A model generated the notes under the pieces. It was not told the DNA's origin. It saw only the letters and a program-made list of their open reading frames with translations, and searched no databases. From Ramazzottius varieornatus (lineage: Eukaryota; Animalia; Tardigrada), in NCBI GenBank assembly GCA_001949185.1, contig BDGG01000003.1:5205092-5269091 (forward strand): a stretch of 64,000 bases of DNA, given 5' to 3'. The position numbers were made by a program, and so were the translations under genes. Positions 22,201 to 34,704 of the stretch are shown here, one piece after another. The number at the start of each line of letters is the position of its first letter. The stretch's first letter is position 1.

Positions 22201-23196
22201 ATGATGCGTCGCCAAGCTCGTCTTCGTCGGGAATACGTCTACCGGAAGCACATCGAAGAACGACAGCGTGCCATCCAAGAAAAGAAGGAAAGGGTCAAGA
22301 AAGCCCTCGACAACAGCCACATCCTACCCAGCACCTTACGTACAGAAGCCATCAGCTTAGCCGAAAAACTTGACTGGGACGACGAAGGTGGTCAAGGCAT
22401 CGTCAACCATGAGGACGACGAGTATCGGTGGGCAGGCGTCGAAGATCCCAAAATTATGATCACCACCAGCCGTGATCCCAGCGCCAAGCTAAAGCAGTTC
22501 GCTAAGGAGATGAAGCTCATCTTCCCCAATGCCCAACGCCTAAACCGTGGTAACTATGAAATGAAACAGCTGGTGGCGGCGTGTAGAGCGAACAACGTGA
22601 CGGATTTCGTCCTTGTCCATGAACATCGCGGCAACCCTGACACCCTCATCATCAGCCATCTTCCGTACGGCCCAACTGCCACTTTCTCCCTCACCAACGT
22701 GGTTATGAGGCACGACATTCCCAATATCGGTACCATGTCGGAGCAGTTTCCTCATTTGATCTTCCAGAATTTCAAGTCCAAACTGGGAAATCGCGTGATG
22801 AATATTCTCAAATATTTATTCCCAGGTAAGGCGTAATATGACATTCCACTCTATCCCAGAGTGTTATGACGTTACATGACATGACTGACATTACGGACTG
22901 ACCATTGGCTTTCTATGGTAGTGCCAAAAGAGGATTCGAAGCGAGTCATCACTTTCGCGAACCAAGATGACTTTATTTCGTTCCGTCATCATACGTACAA
23001 AAAAGGCGAAGGTAAAAACATTGAGCTACAAGAAGTTGGTCCGCGTCTGGAGATGAAACTGTACTCGATCAAGCTCGGAACTATCGACGAGATCGACGCT
23101 GCGGATACGGAATGGCAACTGAAGCCGTACATGAACACGGCCAAGAAACGACGATTCCTCAGCGACGACCCCGGCTTCCTCGCTCCATCCTCATAG
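22201..23196 (+). CDS. IMP4: U3 snoRNP protein IMP4 (Brix domain); intron 22826-22921
   Basis: MMRRQARLRREYVYRK..DDEYRWAGVEDPKIMITTSRDPS..HEHRG..HLPYGPTA..LFP|VPKEDSKRVITFANQDDFISFRHH..EVGPRLEMKLY. Confidence 0.97.
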
Positions 23197-23321
23197 AAAA
23201 CTATTCTGAAATCTAGTACTTACATAGTTGAATTTGCAAACCTCGTCATGGTAAAACAGAAGCAGATTATGCAGAAGCGTTTTTCCATCCCGTGGGACAC
23301 TTGGTGTTCTACTGTACGAAT

Positions 23322-24128
23322 TCACGAGTCTTTTTCTTCCATGATGTCTGGCTCGTGAGTGAACGATGACGGAATACCACCCTGCAAAACCAGCTTTAGA
23401 ATGAGGTTGCAGAATGATAAATGCAACGTGGGCAAACGGACTCGATCAGATCGTTCTCCCCAGTGGCGCACACTTCCAACAAGTGATAATGGATACGTGC
23501 GCCACTTGAAACAAAGATGGAATTCCGCAGTGGTTTTCTGGAAATCTTTAAGTAATTGTCAGTGATGTCTCACCTTGGCATTCGATCGGGCTAATCGTGC
23601 TTCGTGCTCTTTTCGTAGTTCCTCCTTCCACAACTTGTCCTCCAGTTCTTCCTTCAACTTGGCCTGCTCCTTCTTCTTTTGATCGCGGTCCTTTCTGTCC
23701 AGATGTAAGGCATGGAGGATACGCTTGGCTTCACTTCTTTCCTTGTCCTTTTCCTTCCGAGGACTGTTACTTCCGGTCACTCCGTCGCAGTGGGAACGTG
23801 ACATCTCCAAGTGACTATGAGGGAGTTTCTCCAGCTGGTGTAAATATTGCTGGTATTTCTTTTGGACGTGCTTGTCGTGGTGCTCGGAAGCGAATGTGTC
23901 CATTTCGGCATCGCTGTTCTTCCTCAGCCAGCTGATAAAGTCGGAATCGTCGAGCTCATGATGAGGGAGGACTGGGAGATCAGCTGTGCTGGGAATGTTT
24001 GGGATGGACGCGACGGAAGATTTTCGGGAGGGAAGAGATGAAGAGGTTTCTGATGGTGGAGTCTTTGGGTCCACGCCGCTGGTCTTCCGCACGCTTCCGT
24101 CCTCGGTCGTCACACCGGCAGAAGGCAT
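23322..24128 (-). CDS. Hydrophilic, probably disordered / coiled-coil orphan protein (2 exons)
   Basis: Long ORF rich in S/K/E/H; donor AAG|gtgaga near 23573 and ttgcag acceptor near 23383 give in-frame GGIPSSFTHEPDIMEEKDS*. Confidence 0.65.
23425..23520. repeat. AAGTGGCGCAC foldback element, 1 unit, intron of orphan gene
   Basis: cagtggcgcac..gtgcgccacttg. Confidence 0.75.
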
Positions 24129-24264
24129 TCTCAAGTTTTGGATGACCCACCAAGATCACACTAACAGTGGCGGGTTTTATTCCAACAAAAGGTGAACCTC
24201 TTTGAGATTGCAATTCCACTAAGTCTAAGAAATACGTAAAAATGTGTTTTATGGAACATCCAAC

Positions 24265-24385
24265 ATGGGAAGCTCGGCAATCAAACTAAAGATAATTTCC
24301 CAAATGACGCACGCTTTTAGCATCACTTGCTGGACCCTTGCGCCACTTGGAAAGCCAGTCTTGTCGGGTTGGTTTGTTGAGTAGG
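24265..24385. repeat. AAGTGGCGCAC foldback element, 1 unit
   Basis: gggaagctcggcaatcaaac arm; tgcgccacttgg; cttgtcggg arm. Confidence 0.7.
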
Positions 24386-25259
24386 TTACCTTGGTCTCAC
24401 GTAGAAAGGTTCTTTGTAAGAAAACAGGGGGATGCGGTTGAATAAAGTGTGGATCGCACAAGGGATGTAGGCCGAGGGAAAGTTGCGTTGCAATGGGTAG
24501 ATGCTATTGCCAGATTGACCGGTGTCCACTTGCATGTGTTGCGTCTAAAGGAATAAAGAGCAGCTGAAACTGCTGATAACAGAATCGCTTCTGACCCACA
24601 TAGAAAGCCTAAAATGTCCTCACGTTGACTGAGTAAAGTGCAGACAGAATTTGAACCTGCCAACTCAGAGAAACAAAATTCCAATACAATCGGAAGGCAG
24701 TTCTCACTTTACAGTGGCCAAAGCGAAACTGACCAGAGGCAAAGATGTAAGCGTGCTCTTATCGCCACACGAGACCCACTATGTTGTAGAGAAAAGGCTA
24801 GCAGGGCCACTGAGCAGGCCACTGGTCGAATTCTTGCACGTGTAGTAAAACGAAGGAAAATCTTATCGAACAAACACCAGCATATGGATTTCACTGCGCA
24901 AAAAAATTAAATTTTTTCGGAAAGCTGTTCAAGGCAGAATTACCAAGTAGTCCTTTTGTCCGCGTAATCTAACCGCAGTGTACTGCACGAGTAATATCAC
25001 TCGATATATGGCCCGAAGAACGATAATTCTGCGACAAAAACGTAAAACTTTCAGTCTTCCAACGTCAATATTGACCGGAGACAACGTAAAGCTAGCCCCG
25101 GCGCTCTTCGCCTTCTCGGGTGATTCACTCATCACGCTCCTTACAAGAGTCGTAAGATAAAATACGGAATAGCCCAGAGCAAGACTAATCTGTGATATTT
25201 CCTTCGCAGATACCTTGAGTTTCTTCGAACTCTCCGAAAACAAAACCAGGATAGCACCA

Positions 25260-27380
25260 TCAAAAATGAAACAAATTCTCCGTCAAACCGTTTCGAAATG
25301 TCCGCCGTTCAGCCACAACTTCTTCGCTCGTCAGCACATTTCCCAGTAAAATACTAAAGAAAATTAAAGCACCGAGATAATGATTCGACTTGAACTTATT
25401 CCAACAGTCGATTGGGTCGTTGAAGTTTGTGACGAATGATTGATAGAGTAGATGGCCACCCACACCTCCCAGACCGACGTAGAAAGGCCAAGCCATACCG
25501 GCCATGTAACCACTACAGCCTAGGCCGCACAACATGGCCGCTGAGAATTCCCACAGAATGGTCGGTGTGCGTTCGCCGAACTTTAAGGCTGTGGACTTTA
25601 TACCGACCAAGGCGTCGTCCACCTTATCCTGAAATCAATCACGAGGGTTGCTCTGAGAAACTTCATTACTCATGTCGCTGTTATGAAGGTATACCTGATG
25701 AGCGTAGATTGTGTCGTAGACCATAGTCCAACACACACCGGACAAGTACAATGGAATGGCCACAAATGGGTCAAGGTAGCCACGGACAGCAGCGTAACCC
25801 AACAATGCTCCCCAGTTGAAGGCAAGACCTGAAACCAAAAGAGCTATCCTGAAAAACCCCCCTTAGATTTCTAGCAAACTTTCAACGTACGCAACGTCAG
25901 CAAATAAGTTCAGCCAGGGTGTTACCTCAAGTGGCGCACGCCTCCAGCCAATAAAATTTTAAACGTGCGCCACTTGATAAAGTAATCTTGGCGAGTTTTA
26001 AGCCGTTTTCAAAGTGGCGCACGCTTTCGGCAATAACTATGAAAAAGTGCGCCACTTAAAATAACCACTTGAGTGGAATCATAAATCATTTGCCGACGTT
26101 CCGTATTTCCAGCAGGACATTCGGGAAAGTTTCTTACCGAGAACTACCTGTGGGAAGTACGTGACTCGTTTGAAGAAAGGATAGGTCAATACCAGACCGA
26201 GCGAACTTGCACCGAGTACAATACTGTAAAAATAAAATCCGTAAATTAGTACAGTACGAGGTACCTAGTTCCAACAAGGAAGTACTGTATGACGAAAACC
26301 TGAGTTACCAAACGGCTAGATCAGAAAAAGAAGGAAAAGGTACATGGAAGAGTCTTACCTGTACCAGTTAAACTGAAGAAGGACTAGAAGGGACAGTCCT
26401 AACTGGCCGGCTAGCCATACTAAGGCAGACCGAAAGTCGATCTCACCGGAAGCTAGTGGCCTCGCTCGTGTCCTTTCAACCTCCAATGAAGGCCGAATTC
26501 TTGCTTTGATTTCAGTTCCACTGCACTTTCCTGATGAAAATTCTAACGGTAACATACCTTCCCGTCGAAGTCCCTGTCCCACATGTCGTTTATTATGCAG
26601 CCAGCTCCTCGCATAAGGAAAGCCCCTGCTCCGAATAGCGCCAGCATTTTTAGGTCGGGAAGGCATCCTGGTTGTGCGGCCAGAGCGATGCTCCAGGCAC
26701 ATGGCCAGTACAAAAGCCATATTCCTAAAAAACATATCCATGAACTATAGATTCGACAGACTCTGCACTGTAGAACATAGCACGGGAATTGGCAAACCCG
26801 AAAAGACTGTTCTCCCCAGTAGCGTACTTCACTAGCATCATCGGCTTAATACGTGTGCCACTTGGAAAAGCGATCTTGCCGAGTTTGATTGTTTCCTCGA
26901 GTGGCGCGCCTTTGTGGTATCGTTGGCTGGAGCGTGCGCAGCTTGGGGAAATGGTCTGAGTACAGTGCTGCTCTTGTTCGAGTAGGATCAAATGACATAC
27001 CTGCGGGCTTGTCTGCTCGGATGAGTCTCAAGTACGGCTGCAAAGGCTTCGGAGACCTAACGACCAAGTCCTTTGCGGAGATTATGCCAACTAATGAAGC
27101 TGGATCGGTCGTGGAGAAGGACTTCCGGTCAGAATGACAGGAGCATGAACCTGCAAACAAAGCTTAAATTCGGCCACCGCGTTCTCGTCAATGCTCAAGA
27201 GCGCATCCTGGTACCAGCACGTGGAATATGAGGCTCATGTTGGATCGTCCGCGGCAGTATTTGCACTGTGGATAGGCTTGTACGGTGGATCCTGAAGTCC
27301 AGCGGAAATGAAGTGGGCGATTTCAGCCACCAAGAAGGAAGTCGGAACCGCGCCATCGCGGATGCTAACGAGGGTCGCAT
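25260..27380 (-). CDS. COQ2: 4-hydroxybenzoate polyprenyltransferase, mitochondrial (UbiA family), multi-exon
   Basis: [13 protein letters not shown]; [12 protein letters not shown]; [12 protein letters not shown]; [12 protein letters not shown]|[18 protein letters not shown]; CWNKFKSNH; N-terminus resembles a mitochondrial presequence. Confidence 0.95.
25890..26105. repeat. AAGTGGCGCAC foldback element, 2 units, COQ2 intron
   Basis: tcaagtggcgcacg..cgtgcgccacttga; aagtggcgcac..gtgcgccactt; arms aacgtcagcaaat / atttgccgacgtt. Confidence 0.88.
26780..26985. repeat. AAGTGGCGCAC foldback element, 2 units, COQ2 intron 1
   Basis: gggaattggcaaac arm; gtgtgccacttgg; gagtggcgcgc..gtgcgcagcttg. Confidence 0.75.
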
Positions 27381-27832
27381 CAGCTGTATAAAGCTGTGGC
27401 ATACGGGATCTCATCCAATCATTTCGCAGTCAAGCATCAGAGGCTCGGGAACAACAAATTGCACGGGAAGATCGTACGCCAGAATCCAGGAATAGGTTCT
27501 GGATCTGAAATGAACGTTCGTCGTTAGTCTGACAAAAGCATCGACAATCAACTAATACATTCAGAGAGCTCTTGATTGTTTGATGTACAAGTGTACAGTA
27601 ACTTTGTTTACCTAATTACAGTACTTTTTTATGATAATTTTATTTGCGTTTCACATTGCAGCAGGCGAAATCTCTTTCCCCTTCCGATCCTTTCGAAGAT
27701 CGACCAGATTCTGCCTTCTCGTTGACCGTGTACTTCTACTTTCAGGTTGATAAATCACCGTTCCTTGGCCAATAAACATTCTCGTGCCGTAATCTGACGG
27801 ACATTTGCAGTGATCACTCTCCTTCGACAAAG

Positions 27833-28468
27833 ATGCTGGCCAGACTCACCCAGCTCCTTCGAGAAGCTGTTTCCTCTCTCTCCACTTTCTGCTCTTTTCG
27901 TCGCTTTCTCATCATTTCCGGCACTGTTCTAGTCTTCCTCATCTTCTTTTACATCAAATACGCTACCGACCTTGTCAGCCTGTCGTCTCAGACAGCTATC
28001 CCCACCACGAAATCCTTATCAGGTGGCGCACCGGAAATACCCAGGCTGAATGACTCACTCGTTGACAAGATCGCTGTGATCTTTCCACCGGCCACCGCAA
28101 GCACAGTGGGCATCTCTAGTCAAGTTGTAGAGTCGTGTGGAACGGGAAAAGTGCTTCAGGTGGAAGGTTCATGCAGACTGTGTACGATGTTCGAAGTCAC
28201 GTCGAAAGCTTCTTTCTGCCAGCAGACGGGATACAAAGAGCCTTTTCGGTGTGTTGCTAGCTCCAAACATGTTGATGAGAAAGACAGCTCGACGGTTTAC
28301 TGGCGTACTTGTGAGAATACGCTGGAGATTGAAGCGAGGAATTTTCAGATTTTTGGTGTAGTAGCATGCGCTGCTGCGCTTATTCTGTCAGCGTTTGTGT
28401 ACTGGAGGCATCACGCCCTCAATCAGCAGTACATCAAAAAGATCCAGCAAAGACTAAACACTTCCTGA
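27833..28468 (+). CDS. JTB: Jumping translocation breakpoint protein (JTB family)
   Basis: N-terminal hydrophobic segment, C..CRLCTMFE..CQQTGYKE..C..YWRTC..EARNF, TM helix, YWRHHALNQQYIKKIQQRL tail. Confidence 0.85.
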   Translation: MLARLTQLLREAVSSLSTFCSFRRFLIISGTVLVFLIFFYIKYATDLVSLSSQTAIPTTKSLSGGAPEIPRLNDSLVDKIAVIFPPATASTVGISSQVVESCGTGKVLQVEGSCRLCTMFEVTSKASFCQQTGYKEPFRCVASSKHVDEKDSSTVYWRTCENTLEIEARNFQIFGVVACAAALILSAFVYWRHHALNQQYIKKIQQRLNTS

Positions 28469-28661
28469 AGCAGAGAATTCCCGTCTCAAAGGTTAATAGA
28501 GTAACTCGCGCAGAATTCTATAAAAAGTATCAGGAGTTTTTCAAGAATAAAATTACAACGAAAGCACGTGGGTATGTTTTCCATGAGACAGATTTCCCTT
28601 CTCCCTTCCGGATGGAAACGAAACAGACGGTTTTTGTATTACACAGTCATGGTCTTTCTGT

Positions 28662-29656
28662 TCACCTTCCCAGTCCTTGTGAACTGTCCCGAGGTTTGTA
28701 GTAAATTCCGTGACTCTGGAAGAAAACCAGGAAGGTGGATCAGGCAACCGGAAGTGAACCAAACATTTATACAGGCCCAAATGTTTCACTTTTATTTCTT
28801 GGACCGCGAAAAGTAGTCTGGATAAGCTAGCTTTATGAGCGGAAATTGCGACGAGGTATGTCGAAAGTTACTTACTTTCAGTTCGCGCACAATATCAGCA
28901 GGAAGAGATCCGGAGACACTGACAGCATACACTCCAGGCACAAACTTATCTGCAAGAGCAACTCTTCCTTTCACACCCAGCTATCCACAGAAAGCTAAGA
29001 CACAACAGCCTGATAAGCTCAATAACGGAAAAAAATATGGTGTTGCCTACGTGGACTTTCTGGCTGCGTGAAAGAATGTACAAGAACTGGGGAAACAAAC
29101 TCGACAAAATCGTTTTTCCTCAGTGGCGCACGTTTCTGGCCAACCAAACTGTTAACGTGCGTCACTTCGAACGACAAGAAACTGCTTTCCTAACTGGCGC
29201 AGGTTGAGGGTGATACTGGCTGGAAACATGCGCCACCTAGAGAACCATCTCGTCTCCTATATTTGTTGAGCTCAGTACTGCTGTACCTATTCTCTGCCAT
29301 TTGGCAACCCAGCTTTGCGGAGGGCTCATCATAGCAATCATCCTGCAAAACACAGTAGGATTAGGTCGTAAGAGCACGATCGAAAACGTTCCATTAAATA
29401 CCCGTCAAAGTTAGCGCTGGTGTAGTCAAAGACGGCTTCTTGATGTCCCTTCATCTGAAGGTAATCCGCGCAGTTTTCGCATCCCGAGGACAGAAACTGA
29501 TCAAACGTCTACAAACGTTGAACCATCAAACCCGTTTCTGAGATGCCTTGTGACCCTGAAGACTGGTATGAAGATGTGGGAGCGACGTACCTTGATGGAC
29601 GAGCACAGCAGACAAGCCCGTAAATTCTTCAGATCCTTGGGAATCGTTTCAGCCAT
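28662..29656 (-). CDS. SPT4: Transcription elongation factor SPT4, 5 exons
   Basis: MAETIPKDLKNLRACLLCSSIK|TFDQFLSSGCENC..TSANFDG|MIAMMSPPQSWVAKWQRI|..PGVYAVSVSGSLP..ELK|SHGIYYKPRD. Confidence 0.96.
29083..29275. repeat. AAGTGGCGCAC foldback element, 2 units, SPT4 intron
   Basis: aaacaaactcgacaaaatcgttttt arm; cagtggcgcacg..cgtgcgtcact; actggcgcag..atgcgccac. Confidence 0.85.
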
Positions 29657-31483
29657 CTCGCGCGCGTCGTATTGGTTCCCAGTAGTGCTTCCCGCAACCT
29701 CGCTTTGCTCCGGCCAACGGCTCCTGTGTTGCGGCACCCCGAGTGCGACCCCTGGAGTACAGTAACAGCTTCTGCACAAGATTACGAGAAGAAGAAACCA
29801 GAAGAAACGATGCGAGGAAGAAAAGTTAGAAACGCAAATAATTTATCCATATTTATTTACCCACATTTACCCATATTTACCCATGTTTGTAAGGTCTTTC
29901 AGTATGAAATTGCCGTCCTTTAGGGTCGGACTTCAAAATGCCGTTTTGAAGTCGTAACACCACTTTTAGAGTTCGGCTGATGTCCAACTCCAGTGACAAG
30001 GTCTCCTCGTTTTTTTGCAAACAAGGTCCACTCAAAACGTTGAAAATCGGACGTAGGAAGAATTTTAGAATAGAGAGGTCGATACGGAACTCGAGCAGCG
30101 CAAGAAATCCGAGTAGCGTAAGACTTTGGCCCTCCCATTCCTTACTCTAATTTGCTGAAGTTGAGACCCGCTACGCGATCCAGCCGATTAGCGTAACTTC
30201 TCCGGAAAGTTTTGCAAAACCTCCATCAATTTTCGTAATTAATAACTGTTTGGTAAGATGCGATGTCAAATCACACGAACTTCCCAATTCTGATACAGCA
30301 ACGGAAAAAGTAATTTCCAGTTCCGACTGCTTAAAGCTGAAGTGAATCTTGATACGAAAAGCAGCAGTTAAAAGCAAAGGGGAATCCAGAAAGTGGCAAA
30401 AGCCACAGTTAGAGACGCAGTTCTTATTGTGGCAAAATTCACAGTTGATGTTGCAGTCTCATCGAATTTTCGAAAGCCACAGTTACACCCACAGTCAAAG
30501 TGAGATTTGCGCTGTTTTCTTGGCTGAGAAAGTCACAGTCAAGCGTGCAGTCGTTGCTATAGTTTGACGAATAATTAATAACCGACGTTAAACCCTGAAA
30601 GATGCAGTTAGAGGGGCAGTTGGCACCTCGGTGGGACGTCTTAAAAGCAAATCTGAGGTTTCGAAAAACTTTTGGGAAGAAATACCCGCCGAAAAGCTTA
30701 GTTGGAACGTTACTGGGATTTCTTACGCACTCGAGTAACGGCCCATATGCCTTACTCGAGAATTAAGCAGCGAGTATGTTAGTGGGGTCAGTCGGTTCGG
30801 CTCCGCCCATGTCCTCCCTTTCAATTGGCTCATTTTTACGCTAATGTGATTTCTTGCTCTGCTCGAGCGCCGTATCAACCACTGGAATAAGAACCATGCA
30901 CGTCTAATCAGGACCATTTTACGAATTTTTTGCCGCACCGTCAGCTGCACCATCCCACCGCCAACAGGGTACTTTGTAGTGGTCCCTCAGAGTATCAGCA
31001 AGAAAATAATCCTTCGGGATCCTACAAAAGAAAACACTTTTGAAAAGAAGGTGGTGAATTGTCGAGAACAAAGTGCGCCAGTTTAGTGGCGCGATAACTT
31101 TTTCCCAATTCTCCGGTCGTAGTGTTGATCAATTCAAGTAATGACACTGTCTGTCAGTGTGTCAAGGTGTCTTCGTTCACTGGGTGAAGGTTTGAAAAAT
31201 CTGCTCTGTCCAGGCCGGGGGAAGAAGGAAATTTTTATCGAGAAAGATGAGGTTTTTGAGCACTCGGGACATGCTTTGTCAAAACTGAAACGGGTAATCG
31301 ATGACCTTCTTGTTGCTGTATTCACGTCAAGCGTACAATTTTAGTGCTGAAGGCGGCAAAAGAAGTTCTCTAACAAAAAAGTCAAAATTTTCAGAATTAT
31401 GCCGCAGACTCAAACAGCTCCAGCAATTCATCGTGAAGCTGGAGTAGAGCTTTCTTATGCTTAGACAATAGACGTCACCATAC

Positions 31484-32366
31484 TAGAGCCCTGCAACATG
31501 CAGTACATGCACGACGAGATATGATGGGCCAGGCGGAAAAGACGGCAACTTTACATGTATGGAAGTCGGAAACAGAAATCGGATAAATGACCTAACGTGG
31601 TAAAATTCAACCGTAGAAAATTGTCATGGACAGCGGCCGTCAGCAGATCAGCTGTTCCACTGTGCATAGCCATTCAACTTTCTCTCGGAGAAGCTCTGGA
31701 CTCCTTGTCCCGACATCCTTTCCGTGAGCGTATCTGAAAATGTCCCAGCCCTTCAAGACCAAACAGTATCTACGATACACCGAAGAAGCCCTGAAGGATG
31801 CTCTATCTGCTGTCGGGAATAGAATGGAACTACGCGAAGCAGCTCCAGTCTTCAAACTTCCGCGGGGCACCGTCCTACGTTATGTAGAAGATACCACACA
31901 ATAAATACAGTATTAATATGACATGTTTTAGCTCCTCGGCCTAATGTCCAGTACGTACGTACAGCAGTGCAGCCATCGATGCTGGTTTTTACTTGCAGCA
32001 AGAATCACCTGCACGTGCCGCCGTAGCGAAAGAGCCTAGCCCGTAATATCTCGTCGTTCGTGTACATTTTGTACTGCACTGCATTCTACTGCAATGCAGT
32101 GCAGTTGCAGTTTTGAAAAAATGAGCAGCGTTCGTCGCAGTACACTGTTGTTGCCCCAAAAACAGCGGCAAAATCAATTTTTTCTGGTCGGACTGTACCA
32201 ATTTTTCATTTAAATCTCCGTAAAACATCCACGTGCACGATGTATTTGGCATGTATTTCGGTTGACATGCAGAAGTTTTTAAATGCAGTGCACCGCAGTT
32301 GCAGTTTCTGGAAACCGGATGCAGTGCACAAGCAGCACGGGTTTCAGCTATTGCTGCAGGGCTCTA
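31484..32366. mobile_element. Non-autonomous hAT-type DNA transposon (883 bp)
   Basis: Perfect 12-bp TIR tagagccctgca (31484-31495) / tgcagggctcta (32355-32366); identical 8-bp flanks caccatac (31476-31483 and 32367-32374); TGCAGT subterminal repeats. Confidence 0.9.
31740..31904 (+). CDS. 54-aa micro-ORF encoding a pipsqueak-type (psq) helix-turn-helix, inside the hAT element
   Basis: MSQPFKTKQYLRYTEEALKDALSAVGNRMELREAAPVFKLPRGTVLRYVEDTTQ* fits the psq pattern Y-T-E-E-x-L-x-x-A-L-x-A-V...M-x-L-R-x-A-A-x-x-F-x-(L/V)-P-R-x-T; below the ORF-track cutoff. Confidence 0.7.
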   Translation: MSQPFKTKQYLRYTEEALKDALSAVGNRMELREAAPVFKLPRGTVLRYVEDTTQ

Positions 32367-34279
32367 CACCATACGTTATGCTGAGTAAAAAAGAAGGGAT
32401 CGAAAAATTGCTACTGATCAGACGTAGAGTTGTTTGAAATAAGTGCTCAGAAAACGGCATTTTCATATATTTACCCATAACCTCCCTCGGAAAGTGAGAA
32501 ATGAAATCCTCCTGAGAGCCTGAACGTTCCTCACCAGGCATTGCGGAGCGCTCTGGAAGGGCCAAAAACCTTCGCCAGATTATTTTGGAATTTTTCCTGG
32601 TCGTGTCGTATGTCATGTCACATGTCATGTTATATGACATCACATATAACATATCATTTTCACAGACGTCACATCACGTGGTCCATGCGTCGCCGTTTAC
32701 AGTCACCAGCTGGGTTGAATGGTCAAATAGTTATCTGAGACAATCTAAAGCTCTCCTATACTGTATTCTCTCCGGAAATGGATGTACGTCACTCAATTCA
32801 AAATTTGAAACTGCAGATATGGTCAGTAGGCGGTAGCTCATACGATTGGCGGTAGCTCATATGACACTCTAGTTAACCAGATATCAGTGACGTACATCCA
32901 CTTCCGGAGAGAATACAGTAGTCTCGCTGAGACTACCGTCGGCGCATTTCAAGAAATCAATGGAAAAGCGCTCCGCAAAACCAGCCTTCGCCTCGCCTCG
33001 CCGTCGCGTACAGCAAGTCAGCGATTAACGAATGATTTACTCAGTGAAATACGGTATTTAAAATACCGAAAACACAGAACGACTTCCCAAGATCAAGTAC
33101 AGCCAATTTGACAACGGCAATCAATCAATCAATATTTTTTCGATCTTAGAAAACCCTTCCGAGAGTCGTTCGAGCACTAGATTTCAGAGGTTTTCCTTAC
33201 CCATAGACTATGGCAGTGATGGCTTACGAGCACCAGTGAGCACGTTATGGTCCTACGCGTTTATTTCGTTACGTCGCGATCAGCTGGTCAGTGAGCCAAT
33301 GTAGTAATGCGGCAGTGGCACTCATCAACCGTACACCACACAGTCGAAAGCAATGACGTAGCGATCAGTCAGAAATTAGATTCGATGAAACGCAACCTGC
33401 CCACTGTAGCTCATGTGCCGTGGCCATTGGCCAATGGCACTGGGACAGGAAAATAGTGATGTTGGCATGTATGAATATTTTATTAAATTAGAACTTATTA
33501 GATGCCTTTGGCATATAATATATCATGTTAACATTTCGTAGACGCCTCGAACGAGGCAGGATATCTATTAGTATTAAATTAGATGGAAACCAGAGCTGAA
33601 TATGTTGTACTAAGATCAACTCCATATTAAAATTATAGATATGCGATTTCGGCTTTGGTTGATTAAGAAAAAACTTGATTTGCGTCAAGCAAAAGCGTGC
33701 GACTCTGCACAGTGCGCTGTTGGGTCGGATCATACGCGTCACGCACCTGCATAAGACCGTATATTGACCAGCGTTCAGGGCGATACATTGATTGTCAGCC
33801 TCGTCTGATTGGATAGTGCAGGTTTACGAGTGCGGCGATCCACCTGCATACTCGCAATGCTCATTGCCGAAGGCGATGCTGTGCTTCTCCAGGCTTTCTT
33901 GCGCTTTCAAACGTTCCGTGTGTCGAGTTCGTCGAATTTTGATCTATTTTTTGCTGGATCTAAAGAAGATTTAGTTAAACGATGAAATGTAAGGAGGAAA
34001 GTTCCCTGGCTTCGGTAGCGCCAAAGCGATGTTGAGACTGAGACAGAAAGTCCCCTTGCTCTGTTCACACACGGCTTAGAAATATTATGATATGTTATAA
34101 TAAGCACCCGACGAAACAAGTTACCGAAGCCATTAGCATCATATTAGATGCGTTGAGGTCGCGGCATATTATATTAAGATTATATTCGAACTCTGCCAGC
34201 TCGGCTGTATTAAATCAGAATTATATTAGGTCAGGATACCCTTATGTCAACATCACTACAGGAAAACCTCTGCTGGGTT

Positions 34280-34681
34280 TAGTGCTGGCAAAAATACGAT
34301 AAAACTCGATGCGATATTTTCGATAAAGTATTGCCGGATATTTTATCGCGGTCTTCGATATTCATTCAGTTTCGATATTTCGATACGATATTTTTCCACT
34401 ACCGTATTTTCGATATATCGTATCATATCACAGCGATATATCGATATTTCTGTAATTTTAATTTTTGTCGGAATTCCACTGGCCCGGGCTCAAGAACTCA
34501 AGAAGCCGATTTCCACATTGAGTGTTAGTAAGATCGGAAGCGTCGGATGCAGCAAAAACGTGACTATACCAAGACTTCAAACACATGGAAACCTGGATAA
34601 AATTAGTACCAAAACCGAATGGGCGGAGCGTGCTCGCCTATTTGGATACGATATCGGTATATCGTATCGTTGCCAGCACTA
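34280..34681. mobile_element. hAT-type MITE (402 bp) with CGATA/TATCG subterminal repeats
   Basis: Perfect 12-bp TIR tagtgctggcaa / ttgccagcacta; identical 8-bp flanks gctgggtt (34272-34279 and 34682-34689). Confidence 0.9.
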
Positions 34682-34704
34682 GCTGGGTTTCCTGACTAGT
34701 AAGA

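Noticed and set aside
33423-33438. 16-bp perfect palindrome gccattggccaatggc
   Set aside because: Single instance with no supporting context
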